DNA from: Octopus bimaculoides
Taxonomy: Eukaryota
Length of the DNA stretch: 53,641 nt
Direction of reading: 5' to 3'
Assembly (NCBI RefSeq): GCF_001194135.2
Contig: NC_068986.1
Coordinates: forward strand, 28,609,391-28,663,031
This document shows positions 25,213 through 38,227 of this stretch, piece after piece (the stretch's first letter is position 1; every line of letters starts with the position of its first letter). Under the pieces are notes generated by a model that saw only the letters and a program-made list of their open reading frames with translations, was not told where the DNA came from and did no database searches. Made by a program: the position numbers and the translations under genes.

Positions 25213-25507
25213 GGAGGCGCAATGGCCCAGTGGTTAGGGCAGCGTACTCGCTGTTTCGATTCCCAGACCGGGCGTTGTGAGTGTTTATTGAGCGAAAACA
25301 CCTAAAGCTCCACGAGGCTCCGGTAGAGGGTGATGGCGAACCTTGCTGTATTCTTTCACCAAAACTTTCTCTTACTCTTTCTTCCTGTTTCTGTTGTACC
25401 TGTATTTCAAAAGGGCCAGCCTTGTCATACACTGTGTCACGCTGAATATCCCCGTCTGTTCCGTTGATCGGATCAACTGGAACCCTCGTCGTCGTAACCG
25501 ACGGAGT
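25213..25507 (+). mobile_element. SINE family A, internally deleted, 12-bp TSD
   Basis: TSD atatatgataca at 25200-25211 and 25514-25525; tail is tactacta rather than (AAC)n. Confidence 0.9.
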
Positions 25508-26404
25508 ACTACTATATATGATACACATCCCTAATTTCTTTTTCAATTACCAGAATAACTTGAAAGGGAATGTTTATATTAGTTAGAACTTATGAAACAT
25601 GGGCTAACTAAAGGGCTGCAAAGAAGCATGGGTATTTAGAACAAACTTGCGAAAAGGATTTGGACTGACAAAGAGTTAAGAATGTTCTCTAAGGTAATCA
25701 AACTCTGCGTGCCTCAACCAGTGTTTAGATCTCTAGGGATTCGGTTAGTTTACTTAGTGCTTAGCGCTAGTCCTGTATATAAGTATGCACAGTTTTTATT
25801 TTTCAATAAACAGGAGCATTATGTAGCAAATTGGTGATATGTAAAACTGCGTTGTTGAATCAATTCTCCATTTTTCTTACGAGGGGCTGAGAGTCAGGAA
25901 CAATTAACAGGACACCAGTATAGGGTACTCTATCACCAGACAACTCCAAGATTAAGAAGGACCTTTTACGCGATCCATGGATTGAAATTCCGGAAATTTC
26001 ACTCAAATCATGCCCAAACTGCATCTAACTGTCTTAAATAAGAACGCCATGAATACTGTAATCCGGTGCTTCAACAACTACGCGTCTATGATCAAAGGTT
26101 GGTTCAATCAGTTCTGAAATAAAGTCAAACAACAACAAAAACACAACTAAGAACAACTGTAGTCAAGATGATGAAGTGTTCAGCTTGTCTGTTCGACATC
26201 TGTTCGACATCCCTAATAGTATAAGTTACTTGTAATCAATAACAAGGGTGCCAGCAGCCATTGAGCGAGCTTCTATGAGTGCGAAAGATCTGCGGAAAAT
26301 AACAGCTAAATGTCATTCAAATCATGCAGAATCATTTTCACGAAAGCGAAGAACGTACTTGATAATGTGATCTCATTCAGCCATCCATTTTTTTCTGTCC
26401 ACTA

Positions 26405-26700
26405 TTCCTTAGAAGGTTTTGGGGAGTAGAGTGCTCAGGAGCCTCCTTCACAGGATCCTACCGGAAACAACTGTTATTACACTTTCCGATTGGATTCCCA
26501 AGCGTGACCAACCACACTATGACCAAGAACATTTTGTTGTTGGATTACCATTAAGTCCTCTGCCTCTTGGCTCAGCGTCAAGAATCCGTCTTGCAATCCT
26601 TTCCTGAGACATTCTCACCACATGTTCCTAGTGCCAGAACCTTAACCTCTCAATGCAGAAAAGTAGCAACTCGACTTGGACTGACGACTCGGTTCCCTTG
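26405..26700 (-). mobile_element. RTE-clade LINE 3' end (Rex3/Expander-like) remnant
   Basis: Minus strand IERLRFWH*EHVVRMSQERIARRILDAEPRGRG and WSRLGIQSESVITVVSGRIL*RRLLSTLLPK resemble the RTE C-terminus. Confidence 0.7.
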
Positions 26701-27807
26701 CTAGGTAATCCAGTCGTGAAACGTTACTCCAAAGATCCTTCGGGGATGGCCACGACTTGAGAACACTTGATAGTATACCTGAGATTGCCAGAGTGTTAAA
26801 CAACAATAACAACGATTAAAACAAAAGTTAGCTATTGATTCTAGTACGTCAACGAGTTGATGGTGGATTGTCATGAACCCCAGAAGTCAAATTAGCCAGC
26901 GAGATTTACTTCGGATTTTGCCGTAAATTAAACAGTTAATTTATGGTTGCTAATGCTAGCTTGTAACGTGTGGTCTATCAATCCCTTTGATTAAGGAATA
27001 TTAATGAATTGTTTATGAGTTTTGATGGAATATGTCCATTCTGATTAGGTTTACTTTGCGTGAAATGGCTACATTTATATTACAGATTATGATAAATATG
27101 GCAGAGTTATGGTGGTGGTGGTGGTGGTGGTGGAGATAGAAAGAAAGGGAGAAAAATTGAAAGAGAAAGAGAGAGAAAGAAAGAAAGAGAGAAAGAAAGA
27201 GAGGGGGAGGGAGAGAAATAAACAATAGTCAGAGAAAATCTATCGGAAACTCTCTGTAGAATTTGCGGCTTTGTAAGATCGCCAGAAATTTAGATTGGAA
27301 ATACGAAGGGGTGGAGGGTGAGAGAAAGAAAGAATGACAGAAGTAGGTGAAGAGAGAGAAAGAGAGAGGGGGAGAGAAAGAGAGGGAGAGAGAACGGTGC
27401 GGGTGAGGGAAGTGGTTGCATTTCATCGGTTTGCTATACAGCTAATTAATACCAAATGAAGTTAGCATTAATTAAATTCATAGCAACCGCTATTTATCGA
27501 TCATTTGATCATTTATCACCTAGGTGGCGTATATTACTCATTGAATACCTAACAGTAATCTTCAGGGACGGAAGCTATGGCTGTTCATTCACTCACTCAT
27601 TCACTCACTCACTCATTCGTTCGCTCGTTTTTTTTCTCTTCTTCCTCTTTGCTTGCCTGTCTGCTTTCATTTACTCTCTCCCTACATTTTCTTCTTACAG
27701 TTTCTTTTTGTTTTTCATTAAGAAATTTATTTTAATTTATTTTAATTGTCTAACTCCTATGCATGCATTTTCAATTATTTTCTCTATCATTCTTTTGCTT
27801 TTATTTT

Positions 27808-27940
<133 letters not shown>

Positions 27941-28020
27941 TTTAACTTCATTTTTCTTTGTCTCCCTTTCTTCCTTTTCCTCAAATTCTTTCGTTTAATT
28001 CTTTTCCCAATTTTCTTCCC

Positions 28021-28021
28021 T

Positions 28022-28084
<63 letters not shown>

Positions 28085-28234
28085 GTTTGACTGTCTGTTT
28101 ATCTGTATGTATTTTTGACTGCCTATCTGTCTGGTTCTCTATGTGTATGTGTGTGTATATATATATATATATATATAGATAGATAGATAGATATAGATAT
28201 ATAAAACATTTCTTTCTCTTTCACATTTTTCCGT

Positions 28235-28285
<51 letters not shown>

Positions 28286-28341
28286 CCTACCTATCTATCT
28301 ATCTACCTATCTATCTATCTATCTATCTATCCATCTATCTA
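28021..28341. repeat. Compound (TCTA)n, (TA)n and (GATA)n microsatellites
   Basis: Direct reading. Confidence 0.9.
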
Positions 28342-29392
28342 TTATGTTTTCTCCCCCTTTTTTCCTCTATTTCCTTTCTCTCTATTCATTTCCTTCTAAT
28401 TCTCAATTTATTAATATTCTTTTATACATTCACTTCTCGGTGCCATTTTATTTTTTCTAAAAACTAAGCTTTCAAATTATTTCAATTATTCTTAAANNNN
28501 NNNNNNNNNNNNNNNNNNNNNNNNNNNNNNNNNNNNNNNNNNNNNNNNNNNNNNNNNNNNNNNNNNNNNNNNNNNNNNNNNNNNNNNNNNNNNNNNNNNN
28601 NNNNNNNNNNNNNNNNNNNNNNNNNNNNNNNNNNNNNNNNNNNNNNNNNNNNNNNNNNNNNNNNNNNNNNNNNNNNNNNNNNNNNNNNNNNNNNNNNNNN
28701 NNNNNNNNNNNNNNNNNNNNNNNNNNNNNNNNNNNNNNNNNNNNNNNNNNNNNNNNNNNNNNNNNNNNNNNNNNNNNNNNNNNNNNNNNNNNNNNNNNNN
28801 NNNNNNNNNNNNNNNNNNNNNNNNNNNNNNNNNNNNNNNNNNNNNNNNNNNNNNNNNNNNNNNNNNNNNNNNNNNNNNNNNNNNNNNNNNNNNNNNNNNN
28901 NNNNNNNNNNNNNNNNNNNNNNNNNNNNNNNNNNNNNNNNNNNNNNNNNNNNNNNNNNNNNNNNNNNNNNNNNNNNNNNNNNNNNNNNNNNNNNNNNNNN
29001 NNNNNNNNNNNNNNNNNNNNNNNNNNNNNNNNNNNNNNNNNNNNNNNNNNNNNNNNNNNNNNNNNNNNNNNNNNNNNNNNNNNNNNNNNNNNNNNNNNNN
29101 NNNNNNNNNNNNNNNNNNNNNNNNNNNNNNNNNNNNNNNNNNNNNNNNNNNNNNNNNNNNNNNNNNNNNNNNNNNNNNNNNNNNNNNNNNNNNNNNNNNN
29201 NNNNNNNNNNNNNNNNNNNNNNNNNNNNNNNNNNNNNNNNNNNNNNNNNNNNNNNNNNNNNNNNNNNNNNNNNNNNNNNNNNNNNNNNNNNNNNNNNNNN
29301 NNNNNNNNNNNNNNNNNNNNNNNNNNNNNNNNNNNNNNNNNNNNNNNNNNNNNNNNNNNNNNNNNNNNNNNNNNNNNNNNNNNNNNNNNNNN

Positions 29393-29436
<44 letters not shown>

Positions 29437-29988
29437 CGTGTGTGTGTATGTGTGTGCATGTATATATATATATGTGTGTATGTGTATGCGTGTACAAAGG
29501 AAGTATGTGAATGTATGTATGTGTGATTATTATGTACCTCATTTTGTACCTTATTTCTATATAACTACTACAATTAGCTGTTATTTTTGACGGCACAGAG
29601 TCAGCTAGTATTCTAAGTATTAGTAAAATAGTATTCACTGAGCGTGCATACACATGTAGCGATATGCTAACATATGTGTGTGTACATGCACCTAAGCCAA
29701 AACATAATAGGATAACAGTATCGACAGGTAAACGATTGGTATCGGATTAGACTTTGACAATTATGTCTTTGTATCTCTAAGCATAGTTAGACAAATAGTA
29801 GCAATCTATTTCATCATCAGAAGGAGAATGAGATATAGCAACGATCTCTTCCATCATCAGAGGAAGAATGAGGTAAAATTTTAGTTTGGTTTATTTCTAT
29901 TGTGGAGTATAGAGGAAGATTAAAAGGGGGAAAGGGTAAAGAAAATGATGTCATACTTGTATGGGGATAGATAGAAACTAGCAAACAT

Positions 29989-30249
29989 AAGGCGGCAAGC
30001 TAGCAGAAACATTAGCACACCGGTCGAAATGCTTAGCAGTATTTCGTCTGCCGTTACGTTCTGAGTTCAAATTCCGCCGAGGTCGACTTTGCCTTTCATC
30101 CTTTCGGGGTCGATAAATTAAGTACCAGTTNNNNNNNNNNTAAATTAAGTACCAGTTTGGCACTGGGGTGAATGGAATCGATTTAATCCCTTTTTCTGTC
30201 CTTGTTTGTCCCCTCTATGTTTAGCCCCTTGTGGGCAATAAAAAAAATA
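29989..30249 (+). mobile_element. SINE family B, young copy spanning a 10-N gap, 12-bp TSD
   Basis: TSD agaaactagcaa at 29973-29984 and 30250-30261. Confidence 0.9.
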
Positions 30250-30991
30250 AGAAACTAGCAATCATATCAAGGGATATATACATACATTTCTAGAGTTAGA
30301 AGAAGATATATAGATCCAAGTGGCCAGTATCATCATGAGAAAGGAGAGGGGATGCTAAGCGGTCTGGTGTGAATGAAGCCATGTGTACATGGTGAAGAGT
30401 AACAGCTAGAATAGTCAACAGAGTTTGAGTGATATACAAGATAAAAAAATACTATCTACAGCAGTTTTGCATGGTACTCAGCGCAATGTGTGTGGGATGG
30501 AAATATTATGTTAAGTATAGGGCGATGGGTGATAGGCGATTCATGTATAAGGTTATAAATCATTTAGCTACAAGTGGGTTCAGACGTTATAGAGTGTACA
30601 TAAGATATGTGCTTGCGGATAGTTACCAAAATAAAGACATTTTTTTATTGTAACAATAAGGAATTAATATTTAATTGTGAGTTTAATGAAGGATTCGCAT
30701 ATATTTTGGCGTGGGTGTAGAAGTAGCAAGTGAATGTAAACAAAGATATCTTAAATTTCGTATCTTAGCTGAGAATATCCTATGTAAAAGCCAAAACACG
30801 CTATGTGGTCGGTAGACAGTTGCGATGCAATTCCAGTCAGAATGAATAGTGAAATTAAGAATTATGAAATATGGATTCATACAGAGTTCAAGAAAGTGGT
30901 AAATTCAGAACAAGGCAAGCAAATAAAGATGTCAGACAGGTAATAGAAAGATAATCATAGTGAGATGATGTGTAAGGTTAGGCTAGACGCG

Positions 30992-31032
<41 letters not shown>

Positions 31033-31365
31033 GCACGCGCACAACACACAAGCATATACATACTCAAGGAATGTTCTAGATGATATGTAGATTTTGGTGT
31101 ACGAAACACATGGAGATAACCAGACATTAAGGCGACTAAACACAATCTTATAAAACAGTAGGTGACAGAAATGCCAAAACCAACATCCAACACATACAAT
31201 TGCGGGAATGAGGTAATGGAGTCGCATACGGAGAATCTCTCAACAAACCTCGAACATGAACATCTATCTCAGACACACACACACATACATACAACCATTT
31301 AGTTATGTACGTATACAAAACGGTATTCACATACATATATGTAAATATATGTGTACATATAAGTA

Positions 31366-31397
<32 letters not shown>

Positions 31398-31741
31398 NNN
31401 NNNNNNNNNNNNNNNNNNNNNNNNNNNNNNNNNNNNNNNNNNNNNNNNNNNNNNNNNNNNNNNNNNNNNNNNNNNNNNNNNNNNNNNNNNNNNNNNNNNN
31501 NNNNNNNNNNNNNNNNNNNNNNNNNNNNNNNNNNNNNNNNNNNNNNNNNNNNNNNNNNNNNNNNNNNNNNNNNNNNNNNNNNNNNNNNNNNNNNNNNNNN
31601 NNNNNNNNNNNNNNNNNNNNNNNNNNNNNNNNNNNNNNNNNNNNNNNNNNNAATATTAAATCTGAATTGAAGAACGTGTGTTTATTTGGCAAAAAATAAT
31701 TATCATCCCGAAATATTTACAATATATAAATATATATTTAA

Positions 31742-31894
31742 GAGTGGCAGTGTGGTAATTAGCTTGCTTACCAACCACAAGGTTCAGTCCCACTGCGTGG
31801 CACATTGGGCAAGTGTCTTCTACTATAGTCTCGGGCCGACCAAAGCCTTGCGAGTGGATTTGGAAGACGGAAACTGAAAGAAGCCCGTCATATG

Positions 31895-31929
<35 letters not shown>

Positions 31930-32374
31930 CTGTGTGTGTGTGTGTGTGTGTGATTTCTTTACTACCCACAAGGGGGACAAACAAGGACAGAGAAACGGAT
32001 TAAGTCGATTATACCGACCCCAGTGCGTAACTGGTACTTATTTAATCGACCCCGAAAGGATAAAAGGTAGAGTCGACCTCGGCGGAATTTGAACTCAGAA
32101 CGTAGCGGTANNNNNNNNNNAAGGATAAAAGGTAGAGTCGACCTCGGCGGAATTTGAACTCAGAACGTAGCGGTAGACGAAATACCGCTAAGCATTTCGC
32201 CCGGCGTGCTAACGTTTCTGCCAGCTCGCCGCCTTAGATGTGTATGTGTATGTGTATGTGTGTGTAAGTACTAGGCTTACAAAGAATAAGTCCTGGGGTC
32301 GATTTGCTGGACTAAAGGCGGTGCTCCAGCATGGCCGCAGTCAAAAGGACTGAAACATGTAAAAGAATAAAGAG
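31742..32374 (+). mobile_element. SINE family C interrupted by a family B copy
   Basis: Head and core 31742-31890, (TA)n(TG)n, nested B, (TGTATG)n, then tail agtactaggcttacaaagaataagtcctggggtcgatttgc...gactgaaacatgtaaaaga. Confidence 0.88.
31953..32235 (-). mobile_element. SINE family B nested in the SSR of a family C SINE
   Basis: Near-consensus B sequence, with a 55-bp false duplication around the 10-N gap. Confidence 0.9.
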
Positions 32375-32384
32375 TATATATTTA

Positions 32385-33245
32385 AGAGATCGACAAGATA
32401 ATGGTGACATGTTGTTAAATGGAAGTTCTATTTAATACGGCATCAATCACCGCTATAATAAGTCCAAGAATGGATTCGTACAGCTTCTGATTGGCTGTAA
32501 GGAGAATTTTGAGTAATTTCTTAAGTAAAACCTACTTTAGCTCTTTCAGCGACGAAGGAGGAAAGACACGGATCCTCATTGCTGACCCCAAAATGGTCTA
32601 TAAACGTCCGATTACATTGTGATCGGCTGATTGTGGGGGCTAATCCCAGTGATCTATGTCACTTTTGTCCGATTCGTACCAATGGTGAATTACGACTGTG
32701 TGAACTGGTGTTTTATCATCCTGGAAGATTGTGCTACCATCAGAGAACAATATTTGTATCATACCATGGATACGATGAGCGAAACTACTCAGATAATTCT
32801 ACGTATTAACTATGCCATGTTAAACAAAAGAGCCAAGTAAAATCCGTGAAATGACTGCCGGAATAATCAACGCTCTACGTCTTGCTTCATGGTAGAAGCA
32901 AAACAGGTAAGGTTGAAGTTGTCACCAAGCATAAACTCGCTCCGAAGTGTGGAAAAAAAGTGAGTGATGATTCATCATAGAAGATAACAATTTTTCCATT
33001 CAGCCATTGGGCATTTCTGATAGTCTAGATACAATTTTCTCCGCGAAGCAATGTTCATAATTGTAGCCTTTAATGGTTGCCAGTTTTATTCAGTTCACGA
33101 TGAACGGTTCAAGTCGACACAGGTTGACAAGTTAGTGATTCAGCTCTGCTGTCACTTTTACTGCCGTTCTTCAATGGGTTAGAATAATTCTGGACAGTTT
33201 GTGGTGATCCTTAAGTGACCCCTAAGTATTTCGCTAATTTTGCAC
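32385..33245 (-). mobile_element. Tc1-like (DDxE) transposon remnant
   Basis: Minus strand: RTAVKVTAELNH / QPVST*TVHRELNKTG, VIFYDESS, IFQDDKTPVHT...WD*PPQSADHNVIG (35 residues from D to the E position, E mutated to G), PPSSLKELK, LYESI; TIR-like end after TA at 32383-32384. Confidence 0.88.
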
Positions 33246-33399
33246 ACTTTTGCTTTCGCCACCTTTTTCTTTCCTTTTTTCTTTATTTTTCACTTTTTCC
33301 AGATTCGATTTGCGAAAACGTGAATCGTGTCTTAAAATTTTTACTTGTAGCGTCCCCTCACTTGTCATTTCTGTGGAAAACAAACCTAATGAATATCAC

Positions 33400-33439
33400 C
33401 ATCATCATCGTCGTAATCATCATCATCGTCATCGTCATC

Positions 33440-33516
<77 letters not shown>
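33400..33516. repeat. (CAT)n microsatellite
   Basis: Direct reading; further CAT/CAG tracts at 33670-33792. Confidence 0.95.
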
Positions 33517-33517
<1 letters not shown>

Positions 33518-33756
33518 GTTATTGATGCAAAGCTGATTATTATTATTAAGGAAACAGACGTTATTATCTAGAGAAATAACGGGGAAAAAATATAAACAAT
33601 ATTTACAGCATCCACAAACAAAGAACGAGCAAACAAGTACAAAATAACAACCAAAAGCAGTAGGATCCCACCACTATCATCACCACCATCACCATCACCA
33701 TCATCACCAACATCACCATCATCATTGTCATCATTGTCATCATTGTCATCATCGTC

Positions 33757-33790
<34 letters not shown>

Positions 33791-33989
33791 GTAAAAATGA
33801 CCTTAACTGCAATTAATATAGAATATTAGCATCATTCTGTTGTCAGAGCTGATGGGGGAAGGGAACTATAGTGGCAAATTGCATTGAAGAGAATCTGATG
33901 TTTATATTTACTTATTAATTCATCTTCTATCGATTAATAACAAACTTTATGGCTATGCAGACATATGATGAATAATGTATAGTGTACAT

Positions 33990-34137
33990 AGCTTTGTGGT
34001 TTAAACGCTCATTCCACATGGGCAGGGTCGCACTGCAAAGGTTCGATCCCACTAGACTGCACCTTGGTACCTTGGGAACGTATTGCTGTGTTGTCTATTG
34101 AGGGTTCGAGTCGACCAATACCTTGAGAGTGGAATTT
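33990..34137 (+). mobile_element. SINE family C, highly diverged head and core
   Basis: ggttcgatcccact...accttggg...gtcgaccaataccttgagagtggaattt. Confidence 0.55.
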
Positions 34138-34708
34138 ATATATATGTATATGTGATATAATACTTGGGAAAGAATATATTTGCGGCTGAAGATAGCTTTA
34201 TACCATCCTGTGTATCAATTATATATCAATATAATGATGCAACGACTATAAAGCTTGAAACACGTGTACCGCGGAATCCTTTGTGTTTTGTTTTTATTTT
34301 TACGTTTTTAATTTATTTATTTATATATATATATATATATNNNNNNNNNNNNNNNNNNNNNNNNNNNNNNNNNNNNNNNNNNNNNNNNNNNNNNNNNNNN
34401 NNNNNNNNNNNNNNNNNNNNNNNNNNNNNNNNNNNNNNNNNNNNNNNNNNNNNNNNNNNNNNNNNNNNNNNNNNNNNNNNNNNNNNNNNNNNNNNNNNNN
34501 NNNNNNNNNNNNNNNNNNNNNNNNNNNNNNNNNNNNNNNNNNNNNNNNNNNNNNNNNNNNNNNNNNNNNNNNNNNNNNNNNNNNNNNNNNNNNNNNNNNN
34601 NNNNNNNNNNNNNNNNNNNNNNNGCTCACCTTCCCCCCTCTTTCATTTCACTATGCCCCTTTCCTTTTTTTATCGCCCCTCCTTAATTCTTATGTCCCTT
34701 TGCCTCTA

Positions 34709-34754
<46 letters not shown>

Positions 34755-35800
34755 CTCCCCACGTAACGGGTGTTCGGCCAAGCCTGACCTTTCTTTCTTG
34801 GATCGACTACCTTGGTTCTTGGTGCAACATCTATATTCCTCCCTGTGCTTGTTAACTCCAATGTCCCTGCCGTAAGGCTTTGCTTCCACACACGCCAACT
34901 TAATTTAATTCGTCCTTAGTCGAAAAACACTTGTTGTTAATGCCCTGTTATTTGTATTTGTGTACCATTTCTCCGTTTTTTTCCGTCCTTGTTTCTGTAT
35001 ACATTCGCTGCTTTCTTCCAAGGAATCTAGTGCTCTTAGCTTAGTTTTTCCTTGGGGGCTGGCCATATTGGAGCAATCTCGAGTATAACCAGCCGAAATT
35101 GCAAACATAATCCGGAACTCGACTGAGGAAAGAAAACTCCGAATGATCCGGCCTTGTTTTCTTTGTATCGTCTGTCTGAATGTTTTGTTATCCATTTTTT
35201 GTATCACCTAAATGTCTCTCATTAACCAAATATATATTTGTGTGTATGTATATATACATATATATGATGGAGAAATTATACAAAATGTATATATGTACAT
35301 ATGTGTGTGAGTGAGTGTGTATATGTACGTATGTATGTATGTATGTATCTATCTATCTATGTATCTATGTATCTATGTACAAAACTACTGACGTGTTAGC
35401 AACGTTTTGCTTCGTTGCTATAATGTAATATCGTATGTATGTATGTATTAAATTTTTAACCAAGACATTCATGTTCCAGTGAATGTCGTCGGGAAAAGGA
35501 CAGAAGAAGAAACAGTTGTAAATACATATTTCAACTCTGCTTGGAGTTTTGAAAGCAGCTGTGCATCTCCTTAACTTTCCACGAATTCAGTGCTTGTAAA
35601 CTCAACTCAGATATTTGTGACTAAACTAAACTAGATAACATAAACATTGTTTTTTTTTTCATTTTTGACACTTTAACATTAATATTAATTCAGTTTTGTA
35701 TTACAGTGTTTCATTTCTTTGCTATCATGTACGACATATCTATAGAATATTTACTAACTCTGTATACGTGTGTGTGCTTGGATATAGGCATTTGTGTATA

Positions 35801-36867
35801 CAAGGTTCGATGGGTGTATTTGTCGCTATTTTATATTTTTAATTTCGCGCATGCACATTGTTTGCTTCTGATTTTGTCGACTACACAGTATAGTAGCGTC
35901 AGTTGAGCACCGTCTGTTAGAAAAACAGCACCATGACACAATTCATTCTGTCAGAAATTTGGAAAAGACGGCTAGCTGGCAGAAGCGTTAGCACACCGGG
36001 CGAAATGCTTAGCGGTATTTCGTCTGCCGTTACGTTCTGAGTTCAAATTCCGCCGAGGTCGACTTTGCCTTTCTTCCTTTCGGGGTCGATAAATTAAGTA
36101 CCAGTTAAGCACTGGGGGCGATGTAATCGACTTAATCCCTTTGTCTGTCCTTGTTTGTCCCCTGTGTGTAGCCTCTTGTGAGCAGTAAAGAAATAAGAAA
36201 TTTGGAAACGATATGCTGCACTGATAAGCATTTGCACCGGAAGCCCCGGTACGAACATTTCAGAGTACTTGGGTGTCAATCTGAGGACAGCGCAATCTGA
36301 GAACATGTACTGAGAGTGAAAACAAATCAAACATCCAGTCGACATCATGGTGTTTGGAATGATCACTGGTGATGGCGACGTTATGCCTCCATTCATCTTC
36401 CCACACGGCCTCACACTCAACACGGAGGCCTACATCGAGTGCCTGAAGGAGGTAGTGCGGCACTAGGAGAACCTAGTCATGGATGTCAAACAATTTCTTC
36501 GACCACATGACCCCTAACATCTGGCCACCTAACTCCCCAAATTGCATCTCCCTTCATTATTATGTGTGGGGCACAGATAAGCGAGTGACCAACAAGACCC
36601 CTTGTAACACCAAAGATGAACTGAAAGCAAGGATTATGGCAATATTCACTAACTTAAACAAGGAGACCGTCCAGAAGAGTTGCAGGAGATTCTGAAATCA
36701 TCTTAAGGCCGTCGTTGAAGGCAATGGCGATTTTATTGAATAAATTTACTCTTCAGTATTTCAAGATATTTTTATGTAATTTTGGTAAATATATCTGTTA
36801 AAATAAGATGTCAGGGTTATTTTCATTTTTGCGTAATTTAGACGACAATTTATTCACCGAAGACTTG
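35801..36867 (+). mobile_element. Mariner-like (maT/DD37D-like) element, internally deleted, split by a SINE
   Basis: TA then caaggttcgatggg..., with a degenerate inverted copy ending at 36867; ATG 35933 MTQFILSEIWKRYAALISICTG; KHPVDIMVFGMITGDGDVMPPFIFPHGLTLNTEAYIECL; NIWPPNSPNCISLHYYVWG...AVVEGNGDFIE*. Confidence 0.88.
35966..36195 (+). mobile_element. SINE family B inserted in the mariner ORF, 13-bp TSD
   Basis: TSD agaaatttggaaa at 35953-35965 and 36196-36208. Confidence 0.94.
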
Positions 36868-37373
36868 GAAGGAAGAGAGAAGAAAAAAGTTCGTGCGAGC
36901 TTGGCAAAGGCCAAGATAGGAAAGGAAGAAGTAGCTGGACACGTGACCAGCGAAGAGTAAGGAGAAAGAGTGGTGGAGGGAGAAAAAAGGGGAGGAAGTA
37001 GAATATAGGTGAGCAACGAGAGACAGGGAGAAAGAGAGAGATATATATATATTATTAGTGAAGGGGAGAGGCGAAGAACAACAGAAGGAAGAACGAGAGG
37101 GAGAGAAAGATACAAAGATAGATAGAATCGCGTCAGAAATATAAAGTTAAAACTTACTTGCAAGGATGACGCGTGCGTTCGACCATGTAATAATACAAAT
37201 AATATTTGAGAATATGCATATATACGTACATGTATGTACATACCTACATCTACATGTATGTATAGATGCATATTTGGATACAGGACGTTGCAAAAAAACG
37301 TGGACAGAATTATAAACAGAGCACAGAAAACACACAGGCCACATAGAGAACATTTCCTTATATATATAATATG

Positions 37374-37426
<53 letters not shown>

Positions 37427-37520
37427 GAGTACCTTGGAATTCCGGACGTAGATGCAACGACGAACGCACAGTATACATACATACATACATATGTGTATGT
37501 GTGTGTGTATGTGTGTATTT

Positions 37521-37650
37521 ATATTCACGACGAGCTTCTTTCAGATTCCGTGCACCAAATCCACTCAGAAGACTTTGGCAAGCCCAAAGCCATTGTAGAA
37601 GACACTTGCCCAAGGGTCCACGCGCTGAGACTGAACCCAAAACCATATGA
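37521..37650 (-). mobile_element. SINE family C, core fragment next to SSR
   Basis: cgacgagcttctttcagattccgtgcaccaaatccactca...gtagaagacacttgcccaagg. Confidence 0.8.
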
Positions 37651-38227
37651 AACATTTTATACAATCTTTAGCGAGCGAAAAGATTGTCACGAATAGAAGA
37701 TTGTTACCTGTGCAAATGAGATACCGGTGGAGAACAGGTAGCACAGTTAAACATTTTGCAGACATGCCCCTCGAGATCATTGTACAGCAATCGATAACGT
37801 GTTCCCCGGGAAAGACAAACGTACGAAGTTCAAATCTCAGTAGATGCGATGTTCTTTCTTTTTCTTTTTTTAATTTCCATCCTTAAATTTACGTCATTGT
37901 TTTTAATGGCTAATGTAATGTTCACTTCTGTATAACGCATACTTCCATACATAGATGCATATATAGTTGCTACAACTCTATTTCGAGGAATACCATCGCT
38001 TAATTTTTTCTCTTGAAGCAGCAAAGATTTGGCTGTCCAATCCATCTAGAGACATACACTGTTTTGCATAATTAAAGATGTAGAAATGATGGACACCTCA
38101 TGCAGCAGGTGTTCAGAGAATTATCACCCACTCTTTTATTCCATCGTTTAGTTTTTCAGAGTGTTTTTGTCATTTTCGGTTCGGCGAGCCATATTATGCA
38201 ACACACAATAGGGAACATTATGGAGAA

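Noticed and set aside
30114-30157. Apparent 17-bp tandem duplication inside a SINE
   Set aside because: It flanks a 10-N gap and is an unmerged contig overlap
32056-32175. Apparent 55-bp tandem duplication inside a SINE
   Set aside because: Identical sequence on both sides of a 10-N gap; assembly artefact
32580-33110. Plus-strand Gypsy RT-like words (NGELRLC, HDER) and an exon-like acceptor
   Set aside because: The spacing does not fit, and the minus strand clearly encodes a Tc1 transposase
34905-35235. Pseudo-LTR-like repeat with hammerhead-like fragments (GGCTGG/CCAGCC GAAA; CTGAGGA...CGAAT)
   Set aside because: Core and helices cannot be assembled into one valid ribozyme in this copy
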